Source of the DNA: an uncultured virus (IMG/VR IMGVR_UViG_3300036766_000780)
Taxonomy: Duplodnaviria > Heunggongvirae > Uroviricota > Caudoviricetes
Virus record (IMG/VR): IMGVR_UViG_3300036766_000780
Reading direction: 5' to 3' (one strand)
DNA: 64,000 bases
Shown here: positions 10,266 to 20,419 of the stretch, one piece after another
How positions within the stretch are numbered: position 1 is the stretch's first letter
Layout: each line of letters opens with the position of its first letter
Notes under the pieces: generated by a model
Databases searched by the model: none
Seen by the model: the letters and a program-made list of their open reading frames with translations, nothing else
What the model was told of the DNA's origin: nothing
Made by a program: the position numbers and the translations under genes

Positions 10266-10524
10266 TATGTCTAAGTTTATTTTTAGGAAAGTTAAGAACC
10301 CACACAATTTGTTTGAAACAACGGTAGATCTTACCTTGGAATCAGATGCAAAGCTATTGCCTGAGATCTTAGAAGATTTTGCTAGTTTTCTTCGTGGTAG
10401 TGGATATGTTATTGACGGAACTTTAGAAGTAGTCCCAGAAGATCTCGTTCTTCCTAGGTCTAGATCCGAGATTGATGGTCAATCAACTAAAGAATTAAGC
10501 AAATTATGAAATAGGAGATCACAA

Positions 10525-10737
10525 ATGAAAAATTTTATTATTGTAGTTAAAGAAACCGTAACCATGGAATATCTTGTTAAAGCAAAGAATGAGAAAGAAG
10601 CTAGGAATAAATTTGATAACGGCGAAGCAGTTGACGGTTATGATATAGATTGTCAGATAGACGAAATTTTAAGCATTAAAGAATATAAAGAAGATCAATC
10701 GTACAAATCCCAAGGCGACGGGCATATTGGAGAGTAA
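10525..10737 (+). CDS. DpnD/PcfM-like small phage protein
   Basis: VKET...VKAKNEKEA pattern. Confidence 0.5.
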   Translation: MKNFIIVVKETVTMEYLVKAKNEKEARNKFDNGEAVDGYDIDCQIDEILSIKEYKEDQSYKSQGDGHIGE

Positions 10738-10781
10738 TGTCACTGCCATGTCATTGCACCCAGTTACATAAGATAATCTTA

Positions 10782-10794
10782 TAACTATTTGATT
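10782..10794 (-). promoter_or_regulatory. IHF-like binding site
   Basis: AATCAAATAGTTA on - strand; intergenic. Confidence 0.45.
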
Positions 10795-10884
10795 TTATTG
10801 AATTGTTATAGCCCATACTACTTAATAATCACATAACAGTTACATAAACAAATCACTAAAATGTCACAAAATAGGGAATTAATA

Positions 10885-10913
10885 TTGACTTCCTTTTAGA
10901 TTTATGCTATAAT
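10885..10913 (+). promoter_or_regulatory. sigma70 promoter with extended -10
   Basis: TTGACT-17-TATAAT with TG; GGAGG RBS downstream. Confidence 0.8.
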
Positions 10914-11929
10914 AATTGAAATGGAGGTTTTATGCTTTACAAGAATAAACAAGGTGAAGAAATAGAGCTAGAACTATACGGAAAATACGATGACGATATC
11001 CAGGTAAGTAATGCTTACTATGCAGATAAAGAAGGCGAAGTTTCTGACGATGAAATTGAATACATAATGGAATACTATTCTTCAGAAATATATGAGCAAT
11101 GGTATCAAAATAAGGTTGGAGAATCTGAATAAAATCTTTAAGGAGAGTCTATGTGTATTCCTAGTTCATTTAAAACAGAAGTTGATATCGACATATTTCT
11201 TAAACATGACAAAGATAAGTCATTAGAGACTAAAACAATTATCCTTGAATGGAGCCTTGAACTGGAAGTTAGAAAGTTTGGCATAAAGTCTTTTGTAGTA
11301 GTAGTTCCAGATCAGAAGATAGAGGTTGATTTCACAGAATATAGAGAAAATTCAGACGAAGATGTCATTACTACTGAAACAGTGATGGTTAAGAACGTTT
11401 CGGTTGATATGAGCGAATCTAAATCATTATATGGATTAAGTCCTAAGTCACTAATATTTCATGATAACGAATGGAAACTGGAGTTTTAAATGAAAAAATT
11501 TAAAATACTGAAAGATGTGGAAGTAACTAGGGAAGAGTACATTGATAAACAGTTAAAAAGAATTAGGTTATATGACGACGATAGAGTTAAGGAAACGAAA
11601 AGACATTTACGGGCTTTGGCTAAAATTAATCAAACGCAAGACAGGATACGAAAAGACATAAGAGAGGCTATAGGTGGAGATCTACAGGAATCTGATAATG
11701 TTGGATATTAAGGAATATAATGGGATTTAGAAGATTCGGAAGCTCACTAATAAATAATGACAAACCGGTATTTATACTGTAACCTATGTTGGTGATTTCA
11801 CTTTAGAAATGATCATGAATCTTGTTAATTGGATATTAACCAATATGGATATTGACTTGGAAAAATATTCATGGGATATTGTTGGTAAAGAAACAGACAA
11901 AAACGGAACTAAACTTAATGTGAGGGTTT

Positions 11930-12499
11930 ATGAAAGAAATTGAAAAACTAAAACAAGAGTTTAACAATTATAAGATTACCGTGATTGAAAATACGCCTAA
12001 CGTACAAGTATTTTTAGCTAAGATGCCTAATACCTCATCTTTTTCTTTTCAGGTAGTCATAGCCTCTAACATGATAGCTATGAGCGGCGATATATACAAT
12101 CTTATGATTAATCCTGGGTATGGACGTGGAATTGGATGGCTTAGAGGCTCTATAAACTCTCCTGGATACGTGCGTGAGAAGATGCCACGTCAATTCTATA
12201 GTGACAGAGAATGGGAATCTGAAGATGCTAAAAAGGCTTTAAAAGAATACTTAGATCAAAAAACTCAGGATGATCCTGAAACTAAAGAAAAAAATGATGA
12301 GATCTTAGAAGAATGTGAATATTACGTTGGTATTGAACAACTGTTCTATAGTTTTTGCACTAATAATGGCATAGATGAACCTTATGATATTTATAAAGGA
12401 AATATTAGTCATCAGCAGATATTTCAACTAGCTGCATTAACTTGGTTCTGCGAGGAGCTTGATAGGATGGAATTTAAAGCGAAGGAAGGCGAGAGTTGA
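11930..12499 (+). CDS. hypothetical phage protein
   Basis: 189 aa ORF with RBS. Confidence 0.7.
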   Translation: MKEIEKLKQEFNNYKITVIENTPNVQVFLAKMPNTSSFSFQVVIASNMIAMSGDIYNLMINPGYGRGIGWLRGSINSPGYVREKMPRQFYSDREWESEDAKKALKEYLDQKTQDDPETKEKNDEILEECEYYVGIEQLFYSFCTNNGIDEPYDIYKGNISHQQIFQLAALTWFCEELDRMEFKAKEGES

Positions 12500-12541
12500 G
12501 ATAAATGAAGAAATGTGCTATATTAAAATCTGGAGATATTT

Positions 12542-13039
12542 ATGTACGTATTGAATAATTTTCCGTATATCAAACAATCCGCCAACAGTTCTTGTTGCGG
12601 CGCATATTCTATCTGGATGGTAGATCAGTATCTAAGATTTAAGCTAAAAACTCCTAAGAAGTTTGATGAGATGCTGGATAGATATATTGGCATCACACCT
12701 CAGCAGCTAATAAAGAAATGTAAAGTTTCTAAGAAATGGGGTACTGAAACTAAGGATCTTGTTAGGGTTCTAAAAGAACTTGGCTATATTGTTAATAAAT
12801 TAACTAAAAACAGAAGATATGATATAAAAGATATAAAGAAGTCCGTAGATAATGGATTTCCAGTAATAGTAGTAGTACATACCGAAGCTACCTGTTCTCA
12901 CTGGTGTGTTATAAAAGGTTATACGGATAATGCTTTTATATTCGCCGATAGCTATTATGGTGATGGAGCTATAAGGTATTTTGATGAGTTAAATTATAGA
13001 ATGGATGAAATTTATAGTATAACAGTAGGAGAGTTATGA
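12542..13039 (+). CDS. C39-like cysteine peptidase
   Basis: Q....CCG, HWCVIKGY and FADS give the Cys-His-Asp arrangement. Confidence 0.75.
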   Translation: MYVLNNFPYIKQSANSSCCGAYSIWMVDQYLRFKLKTPKKFDEMLDRYIGITPQQLIKKCKVSKKWGTETKDLVRVLKELGYIVNKLTKNRRYDIKDIKKSVDNGFPVIVVVHTEATCSHWCVIKGYTDNAFIFADSYYGDGAIRYFDELNYRMDEIYSITVGEL

Positions 13040-13346
13040 ATAAAATACAAAAACTTAAAGACGGTAGGGAATTTTTAACTAAGAACGGTACTTTTATTCC
13101 AGAGAAAGGCGAAGAAGTTTATTTTGTTGAAATTGATGCTATGTTTGAGAAAGTAGTGGTTTTATCCAGTCACGCTTCCTATGATCATGCTAAATCTACT
13201 CCATTGTCATCATTTAATAGGTTTAGAACCAAAGAAGATGCAGAGAAAGCGGCAGTAATTATAAGGGCGGCTTTGGGTGAATAAAATAAATAATAATAAA
13301 TTAGATTGCGAACCCATAACTTTGTTTATTCTATTTTGGAGGAACC

Positions 13347-13631
13347 GTGTCAAGATTCGAATACATCCAGTATGACCAAAAGTCTTATGAAACTCACAAA
13401 AAGATTCTGGAATCTGTTAAAGAATTAGAGAATTTAATAGAAACTTTAATTCCAGAACATAGAAGAGGAACGTTTGATGGCTTTACTTTGGAAAACATGA
13501 ATAAATCAAGAGATTGCGCTCTAGCCAGACTAGAAGAGGTTTTCGTGCACGTTGGTAAGGCTATTAAATACGATCAAACTATTGTCAGGAATGTTCCGGT
13601 AACTAAATTAGAGAAAAGGGAGAAAGAATGA
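13347..13631 (+). CDS. Acb2/Tad1-like helical hairpin (putative immune-signal sponge)
   Basis: RFEY...KELENLIE..IP...SRDCALARLEEVFVHVGKAI; GTG start with GGAGG RBS. Confidence 0.6.
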   Translation: MSRFEYIQYDQKSYETHKKILESVKELENLIETLIPEHRRGTFDGFTLENMNKSRDCALARLEEVFVHVGKAIKYDQTIVRNVPVTKLEKREKE

Positions 13632-13809
13632 AAATAAAAATAGAATTAACAGAAGCAGACTTAAAAAAACTAGTTATGAATCATATAGACGCTATCCTTG
13701 GAGGAGTTTCTGTTAGAGAAATTGACGTAGAAATAATGGTAAAAACTAATCAAAACTATAAGGATGAGTGGGAAAAGGGTGCTTTTAAGGCTATAGTAGA
13801 GAAGATAGT

Positions 13810-14061
13810 ATGATGAATAAACTTAAATACTTATATTACAAATTGTATAGAAATTATACAGGACTTCCCCATAGAAAGCATTGTTTAGAAGCTAGAGAAA
13901 CTTTTTTAAAACAATGGAAGGAATGTGAAGCACTTATAAACGGTAGAGTTCCTGGGATATTATTTAGTTATGGTCACGGAAAGAGTTTAATGGAAATAGC
14001 TAAAACGGAGAATGTGACTAGCGAAAGAATCAGACAAATAATTAGGAAGTATACGAGATAA
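13810..14061 (+). CDS. sigma region-4-like HTH protein
   Basis: SLMEIAKTENVTSERIRQI. Confidence 0.7.
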   Translation: MMNKLKYLYYKLYRNYTGLPHRKHCLEARETFLKQWKECEALINGRVPGILFSYGHGKSLMEIAKTENVTSERIRQIIRKYTR

Positions 14062-14752
14062 TATGGTATAATGATTTTATGAGAAATATTGTAATGGTTA
14101 TATTATCAAGAATAGCATTAACTTTAATAGTAGCTTATTTATTAAGTCTACTACTCAGAAATGCTATTTTAATTAAATAAATGAGTTTAGAAAATGAACT
14201 ACGTAACATCAGCTACTTACCCGCCTAAATGCTGGTATAAATACTATTTTTATTTTCAAAAATATAGACTCTATGGTATGTATAATAGTAGTAGCGGATG
14301 CTTTGATATGCTTGAACATAGTTCTGAATGGACATTAACGCCTCAACATATTTATGAAGAAATGTATAAGATCAAGATTCATAGGGTTATATGTATACAT
14401 AGTGAAGATAAGCCCGAAGACGATACATGGGAGCGTGCATGGTGGAATTTTTAGAAAATCTTTTTAAACTTTTTCTTCTGTTTGCAATACCGTCTATTTT
14501 AATATTAACGGTAGGGTTTGTTATTTTATGGTCAGATAAGATAGGAAAGAAGAAAAAGAATAAAAAGAAGAAAGATCATGTCCGCTTAGCGCCAGGAACT
14601 TATACTATAAGTTCCACCGCAAAACCCACGCTTTTACCTACAGATACTCAAATTATTAAAATCAACGAAGGATTAGAAGATATTAAAAATGGTAATTATG
14701 CTTATAAGGTTATAACTACGCCGAAGAAAAATAAAAAACCAAGGAAAAAGAA

Positions 14753-15847
14753 ATGAAAATTCAAGTACAAAAGGTTAAATCAAGTAATATTGAATCTGTA
14801 GGTTATAATTCAATTACTAAGGATCTTTTGGTAGTTTTTAAGGGAAATAATGAATATCTATATAATAATGTTCCTCAAGAGCATTATGAAAAAATGATAG
14901 ATTCTACGATTTCTCCGGGTTCATATTTAGCTAAAAGTATTAAGGGTCATTTTGAATATTCTAAAGTAAAAGATGTGGCTACTACGGAACCATTGCTCAA
15001 AAATGACGGAACCGCTGCCCAAAAACAATCAATTAAAACAATGAGTCTTAAGGGTTTGGAATTTAAAGCAAAAGAACTGGTTGAGAATCTTAAAGAAAGT
15101 GGTTTTGTATTGATTACGGGTCATGATCTAACCAAAGAAGATATAGACTTATTTTATTCCGAATGGGAAAGCTTCTTTGCTTCTGAAGAAAAGAATTTTT
15201 ATCTATACAACGAAGATCAATCTGGATATTTCCCTATGGAATCTGAAAAAGCTAAGTATAGCGACATTCCTGACTTAAAAGAATTTTATCAATATTACGA
15301 AGGTTTAAGCATAGATCCAATAATGGGACTGACCAAGCATATTAGACAGGATTTGAACCAATTAGGTCATTTTCTTCTTCTTCAAATCTTTAAAGGACTG
15401 CCTGAAGAAATTAGAAACGATCTTAGCGAACCTATTCCTAATATGGTTTTGGATTCTAAGGGTGCTATGTTTAGGATTATTAATTATCCTCCAATGACTA
15501 ATATTCCAGTTGGAGCGGTTAGATCTGCTGCTCACGAAGATATAAATCTTATCACTTTACTCCCAATGTCTACAGCGGAAGGGTTACAGATTCTTGGAAA
15601 TAATGGTGAATGGATTGATGTTGGTGGAGATCCTCATGCTATTATAGTAAATGTTGGAGATATGCTATCTGCGGCTACTAAGGGCTATTTAAAATCAACA
15701 ACTCATCGTGTAGTTAATAAGAACATGGATAAACCTAGGCTTTCAGCTCCTTTGTTTATTCATCCAAGACCGGAAGTTGTTTTGTCTGAAGGATTAACTG
15801 CTGGACAGTATTTAGAAGAAAGACTTAAGCAGATAAGGGCAAAATGA
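14753..15847 (+). CDS. KTSC domain fused to IPNS-like 2OG-Fe(II) oxygenase
   Basis: N-terminal SSNIESVGY...YLYNNVP...SPGSY (KTSC); C-terminal HED...NVGD...STTHRV...RLS. Confidence 0.85.
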   Translation: MKIQVQKVKSSNIESVGYNSITKDLLVVFKGNNEYLYNNVPQEHYEKMIDSTISPGSYLAKSIKGHFEYSKVKDVATTEPLLKNDGTAAQKQSIKTMSLKGLEFKAKELVENLKESGFVLITGHDLTKEDIDLFYSEWESFFASEEKNFYLYNEDQSGYFPMESEKAKYSDIPDLKEFYQYYEGLSIDPIMGLTKHIRQDLNQLGHFLLLQIFKGLPEEIRNDLSEPIPNMVLDSKGAMFRIINYPPMTNIPVGAVRSAAHEDINLITLLPMSTAEGLQILGNNGEWIDVGGDPHAIIVNVGDMLSAATKGYLKSTTHRVVNKNMDKPRLSAPLFIHPRPEVVLSEGLTAGQYLEERLKQIRAK

Positions 15848-16106
15848 AAAACCTTATTATAACTTCTGTAATCGGTATACTTATTTTTATAGTAATTGGA
15901 CTAGCTTCTATCCTTAAGAATATATCTGAAAGTTATGATTATAACATGTTAGTTTATTGTAGAACTGGCTATTTGGGAGCCATAAGCAAATATTGGGATA
16001 AATCTGGAGAGAATCCAGATACTGTTTTAAAGATAGCTAATAAATTTTGTGTAGATTCTATGCCTTTTATTAAAGAAAGATTGCAAAATCAAAAGTAGGA
16101 GGATTT

Positions 16107-16322
16107 ATGGGGCTTGGATTTAACAAACACAAATGCTCTGAATGTGAGTTAGAATTTAATTCTATGTGGAATTCAGTTACGATGGAGTTCTGGGATGGTA
16201 GATGTCCATCTTGTAGGTCAACAGATGTTTTCACTATAAAAGAACCATGTCCTGAGATAGAATCTATAACCATAACTAATGGTAAGGGTTTTTTGTTTAT
16301 AAAGGCTAATGATGACACCTGA
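16107..16322 (+). CDS. zinc-ribbon protein
   Basis: CSEC...CPSC. Confidence 0.6.
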   Translation: MGLGFNKHKCSECELEFNSMWNSVTMEFWDGRCPSCRSTDVFTIKEPCPEIESITITNGKGFLFIKANDDT

Positions 16323-16552
16323 GATGTTAGAATATAAAAAAGAAGTCATTAAGGCTATGGAAGAATATCTTAAAGCTAAAGGATATCCAGATAATTTCAG
16401 TAATGAACAGATAATGACCGATCTTTCTAATATTTACAGGCACTTAGAAGATAAGGGTCTTGTAAGGTATGGCTTAAATTATGCTTTCTTTAGACAAATA
16501 GCAGAGCAACGGTTTTTTATTAATTTAATGAATTCAAGATTCTAATCCTCTG

Positions 16553-16581
16553 TTGACAGTTAGATCTTGATATGGTATAAT
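16553..16581 (+). promoter_or_regulatory. consensus sigma70 promoter
   Basis: TTGACA-17-TATAAT with TG extension; AGGAG RBS. Confidence 0.85.
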
Positions 16582-16607
16582 TAGTCTATTGAAATAAAAG
16601 GAGCTTT

Positions 16608-17249
16608 ATGCAAATTAACAAAGAAATACTTAAGAATCTTAATCCATGTCTTGATCGTTACAAAAATTATTTAGAAAATTATCCTAATTTCGATGGATCA
16701 TTTGATGAATTTCTCGATCTTGAAAACATTACTTATAATGATAAAATATGGGTTGCTCAAAGAGTATTAAATACAAATCAATTAATTCATTTTGGATTGT
16801 TGTGTGCTGAAAGCGTTCTACATATCTTTGAGGAAAAATATCCAGAAGATAAAAGACCAAGAAATTGTATTGAATATTTGATGAAGATTGATGATTTTTC
16901 AAATTTAACAGATGAACAAAAAGAAGAAATTTTAAAACATAAAAATGCTGCTTCTTCTGCTTCTTCTGCTGCTTATGCTGCTGCTTATGCTTCTGCTTAT
17001 TCTTATGCTGCTAATGCTGCTAATGCTACTAATGCTACTAATGCTACTAATGCTGCTGCTTCTGCTGCTAATGCTACTAATGCTGCTGCTTCTGCTGCTG
17101 CTTATGCTTCTGCTTATTCTTATGCTGCTAATGCTGCTTATGCTTCTGTTTCTTATTATGCTGCTTCTTATGCTGCTAATGCTGATGATGCTAAATTAGA
17201 TCAACAGAATCTTAATATTCAGTTTTTAAAAATGGCGGCTAGTTTGTAA
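16608..17249 (+). CDS. Imm5-like domain protein with Ala-rich tract (copy 2)
   Basis: near-identical to 5494..6195 outside the repeat tract. Confidence 0.75.
   Translation: MQINKEILKNLNPCLDRYKNYLENYPNFDGSFDEFLDLENITYNDKIWVAQRVLNTNQLIHFGLLCAESVLHIFEEKYPEDKRPRNCIEYLMKIDDFSNLTDEQKEEILKHKNAASSASSAAYAAAYASAYSYAANAANATNATNATNAAASAANATNAAASAAAYASAYSYAANAAYASVSYYAASYAANADDAKLDQQNLNIQFLKMAASL
16947..17192 (+). repeat. low-complexity (G/T/A)(C/A)T triplet tract, 82 codons
   Basis: GCT/TCT/ACT/GAT/TAT/AAT codons plus one GTT. Confidence 0.95.
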
Positions 17250-17480
17250 TATGCTTCCATTACAGGCAAATACTGTTATTACTTGTCATAAGTGTGGTAT
17301 AATGATAGCAGTAATTACGGATAATATGCCGATACAGTTTTTTACAAATGTTGATTATTCTAAATTGCATTTTATTGAAAAAGAATGTGGAGAAAAAATT
17401 GATTTTGGCTGTAGTAAATGCACAGGGACATGGTATGATGCAATAAGAGGCTTCCACACTCTTAGTAGAGGATGGGTTGG

Positions 17481-18560
17481 ATGAAAAACGTACACGATTT
17501 AGTTGAATGGTTTCAAAAGAAATATCCTCAATTCGTTATTGAAATGAAAAATTCCGATCATCATTATAATTATGGCAGAAATGACCAAAGCTTAAATCCA
17601 TACCATTTAGAAGGTAGTGTTTTTTGTCACACGCTCCTTGTTCTTAAAGTGATGGAAATTAGGAATAGAGGTAAAGATTTTCATTCCATGTTAAATCTAT
17701 ACTTGGCAGCTTTATTACATGACGTTGCAAAACCAGATGTTAGAATGGAAAAACATAAAGATAAGAAAGTAAGTTTTTATAATCATGAACCCTTGTCCGC
17801 TCTACTATCTGTAGATTTTGTACATGATTTTATACAGGATTTTCCCTTGTTGCTTAGTTATGTCAATCTTAGAAGAATATTTGAATTAATAGCTCTACAT
17901 ACTGAAGTTTTTAAGTTAGATTCAAAAGAAATTAATAAAAGAATGGTTAATAATCCACAATTAGTGCAAGATTTAGAAGAGTTGTCTTATGCAGACAGGC
18001 ATGGTAGATTTTTTCATGCGGGAGGAGAAGAAATAAAAATAGAATCTCTCGTAAGGCAATTCAAAGAAAAATATGATAATCATATAACTCTTATGATAGG
18101 ATTGCCAGGATCTGGGAAATCTCATTTATTAAAAAATAGAGACGATATTGATAAGTGTATACTAGGAGAGGTTGTATCTAGAGACGATATGGTTATGGCT
18201 CAATTTAACAACGAAAAAACATATGACGAAGCATTTAAACTAGCAGATCATAAGAAGATAGATAAAGACTTAGACAATAAAATCAGACAATTGGTAAAAG
18301 AAAAGAAGAATTTTACTGTTGACATGACTAATTTAAGTAGGAAGTCTAGGAGAAATAAACTAGGGATAGTCGCCAAACATAACTACATGAAAACAGCTAT
18401 AGTTGTTTTACCCAATCTAGCTGATTGGGTAGATAGGCTTGAGGAAAGAAAAAAAGAAGGTAAGACCATATCAGAAGAAGTTATGGAAAGAATGGCATCA
18501 TCTTTCTATCCACCACTTTTCGATGAATTTGACGAGATAGAGTATAGGATAGGCTTATGA
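17481..18560 (+). CDS. HD-domain phosphohydrolase fused to AAA_33/polynucleotide-kinase-like P-loop
   Basis: YHLEG..H, LLHDVAK, H, D; GLPGSGKS, SRDD, VDMTNL. Confidence 0.85.
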   Translation: MKNVHDLVEWFQKKYPQFVIEMKNSDHHYNYGRNDQSLNPYHLEGSVFCHTLLVLKVMEIRNRGKDFHSMLNLYLAALLHDVAKPDVRMEKHKDKKVSFYNHEPLSALLSVDFVHDFIQDFPLLLSYVNLRRIFELIALHTEVFKLDSKEINKRMVNNPQLVQDLEELSYADRHGRFFHAGGEEIKIESLVRQFKEKYDNHITLMIGLPGSGKSHLLKNRDDIDKCILGEVVSRDDMVMAQFNNEKTYDEAFKLADHKKIDKDLDNKIRQLVKEKKNFTVDMTNLSRKSRRNKLGIVAKHNYMKTAIVVLPNLADWVDRLEERKKEGKTISEEVMERMASSFYPPLFDEFDEIEYRIGL

Positions 18561-18601
18561 TGGCATTAATATATAGTTTAACTAAAAATTGGAGATTGGC
18601 A

Positions 18602-18630
18602 TTGACTTTAGGTCCTATACTTGATATATT
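18602..18630 (+). promoter_or_regulatory. sigma70-like promoter
   Basis: TTGACT-17-TATATT. Confidence 0.5.
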
Positions 18631-18669
18631 GATCATAATGGTTCTTGTTAATTTTTTAAAAGGACACTA

Positions 18670-19104
18670 ATGGGCAAGATAGATGATTTATTCTTAAGGA
18701 ATAGGAATATTTTAGTTGGAGCTAGGGCTTCTGGTAAAACCAAAGAAGTCTTAGAACTATCATATTCTAAATTACTGGAAGGACAAGGCGTTCTCTTCGT
18801 ATCTGGATATGGACTAGACGCATCAAAAAGAGCATTTTTAAGAATGAAAGAGTTGATTGATAGTAAAATTAGAGGACAGAAGATAAGGAATGTGTTGCTT
18901 TTTCTTAAACCTCCAGTTTATAATCATCTTAATTTAACCCTTGATTATGGTGGAAGTATGAATTTTATAACTTTAGAATTTTATAAAACTCCTCATTATA
19001 AATCACATCTATACGATAAACATTTTAAAATATTAGATAATATTGATGCTAATATAGAATTTGATGTTGCAACTATTTCTGGAACACCAGAGGAGATAAA
19101 ATAA
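18670..19104 (+). CDS. small P-loop-like protein
   Basis: GARASGKT Walker A. Confidence 0.45.
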   Translation: MGKIDDLFLRNRNILVGARASGKTKEVLELSYSKLLEGQGVLFVSGYGLDASKRAFLRMKELIDSKIRGQKIRNVLLFLKPPVYNHLNLTLDYGGSMNFITLEFYKTPHYKSHLYDKHFKILDNIDANIEFDVATISGTPEEIK

Positions 19105-19437
19105 TGTGTACCGTGTGTGTTGAGATAATGAAAGATAGAATGACTTTAAAAGAAGCTAGAAGAGCTTTATTTGAACTTATTGGAACCGAGGAAGATCTTG
19201 ATAAGTTTTCTCATTATTCGGAGATGTATGAGGCTGTGATAGATGATCTTAAGAAACAGAATCAAACCGAAGGCTCTGACAAGGTTGTAGTTTAATGCGT
19301 ATATTATTTCTATTAACAGGATTCATATTACTTACTGAAGGTTACTTGCTATCTATAATTCATGAGCCATTTTTATCCATGGCAAGCTACCTTCTTGGCG
19401 GATGTCTCTTCGTTACAACCATATTAGGAAAATTTGC

Positions 19438-20232
19438 ATGATAGTAATAGGCGACCCACACGGGAACTATAAAACATTATTGGCATTATTAGATAAGATT
19501 CCTCAAGAGGAAAAAGATAAGGGAGTTGTCATAGCTGGCGATTTAATGGATAGAGGTCCTGGCTCAAAGCAGGTTATTCAGTATTGTATTGATAATAAGA
19601 TACTGGTTGTTCTAGGTAATCATGAACAGATGATGATAGATGAGTTGGAATGGGCTTTGATAGCCTTTGATGAAATAGGGTACTTGTCTAAACAGGGACT
19701 TTGGGTTCTTAACGGTGGATATCAAACCCTAGAATCTTATACTTTTACTTCTTATGATCTTGTTGATGATAGAGGAATTCCTAAACTTCAGATAGATAAA
19801 GAATTGTTAAGAAAACACGTTGAGTATTTAAAAACCCTACCTGTTTATTTAGAATTTAAAGACATCGAAAACAATAGCGGTAGACATCTAGTAGTTAGTC
19901 ATAGTTTAATAAATAATCTATGGCACTTAAGAAATGAAGGCGGAAACTCTGCACGAATTTTTAAAGAACAAGTGTTATGGAACAGAAATTTTCATAAGAT
20001 AAAGATTGTTCCTGGTATTTACAATGTTATAGGTCACACTCCCCAACCAAACGGTCCTAGGATAAGAAAAACCTATGCTTGTATAGATACCGGATGTTTT
20101 TATAATGAAATCGGATTTTTTAAGTTGACAGCTCTTCAATTTCCTGAGATGATCATATACGATCAGAATAATATAGATATGCCAGATAATAGACATTTGA
20201 ATTATCCGCATTTTCCTAAGGATAGGGCGTGA
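19438..20232 (+). CDS. calcineurin-like metallophosphoesterase (phage Ser/Thr phosphatase/ApaH-like)
   Basis: GDPHG, GDLMDRG, GNHE, GHT, IDTG. Confidence 0.9.
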   Translation: MIVIGDPHGNYKTLLALLDKIPQEEKDKGVVIAGDLMDRGPGSKQVIQYCIDNKILVVLGNHEQMMIDELEWALIAFDEIGYLSKQGLWVLNGGYQTLESYTFTSYDLVDDRGIPKLQIDKELLRKHVEYLKTLPVYLEFKDIENNSGRHLVVSHSLINNLWHLRNEGGNSARIFKEQVLWNRNFHKIKIVPGIYNVIGHTPQPNGPRIRKTYACIDTGCFYNEIGFFKLTALQFPEMIIYDQNNIDMPDNRHLNYPHFPKDRA

Positions 20233-20419
20233 AACTTATTAAGGGAATATTTTCATTTTTAAAAGAAACCATTGTAATGCTTTTTTGTATATTATTTTTT
20301 ATAATATCGGTAATTTCCTTATTGGCGTTTGTGATGTTCTTCTCTAGTCTTTTTATGAGTATTATTTTAGTAGCTATATTGGTATTTTTAATCGCAGGGC
20401 ATATGGATAGAAGAAAAAA

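Noticed and set aside
16945..17199. poly-Leu/Met ORF
   Set aside because: Same shadow frame in the second twin gene.
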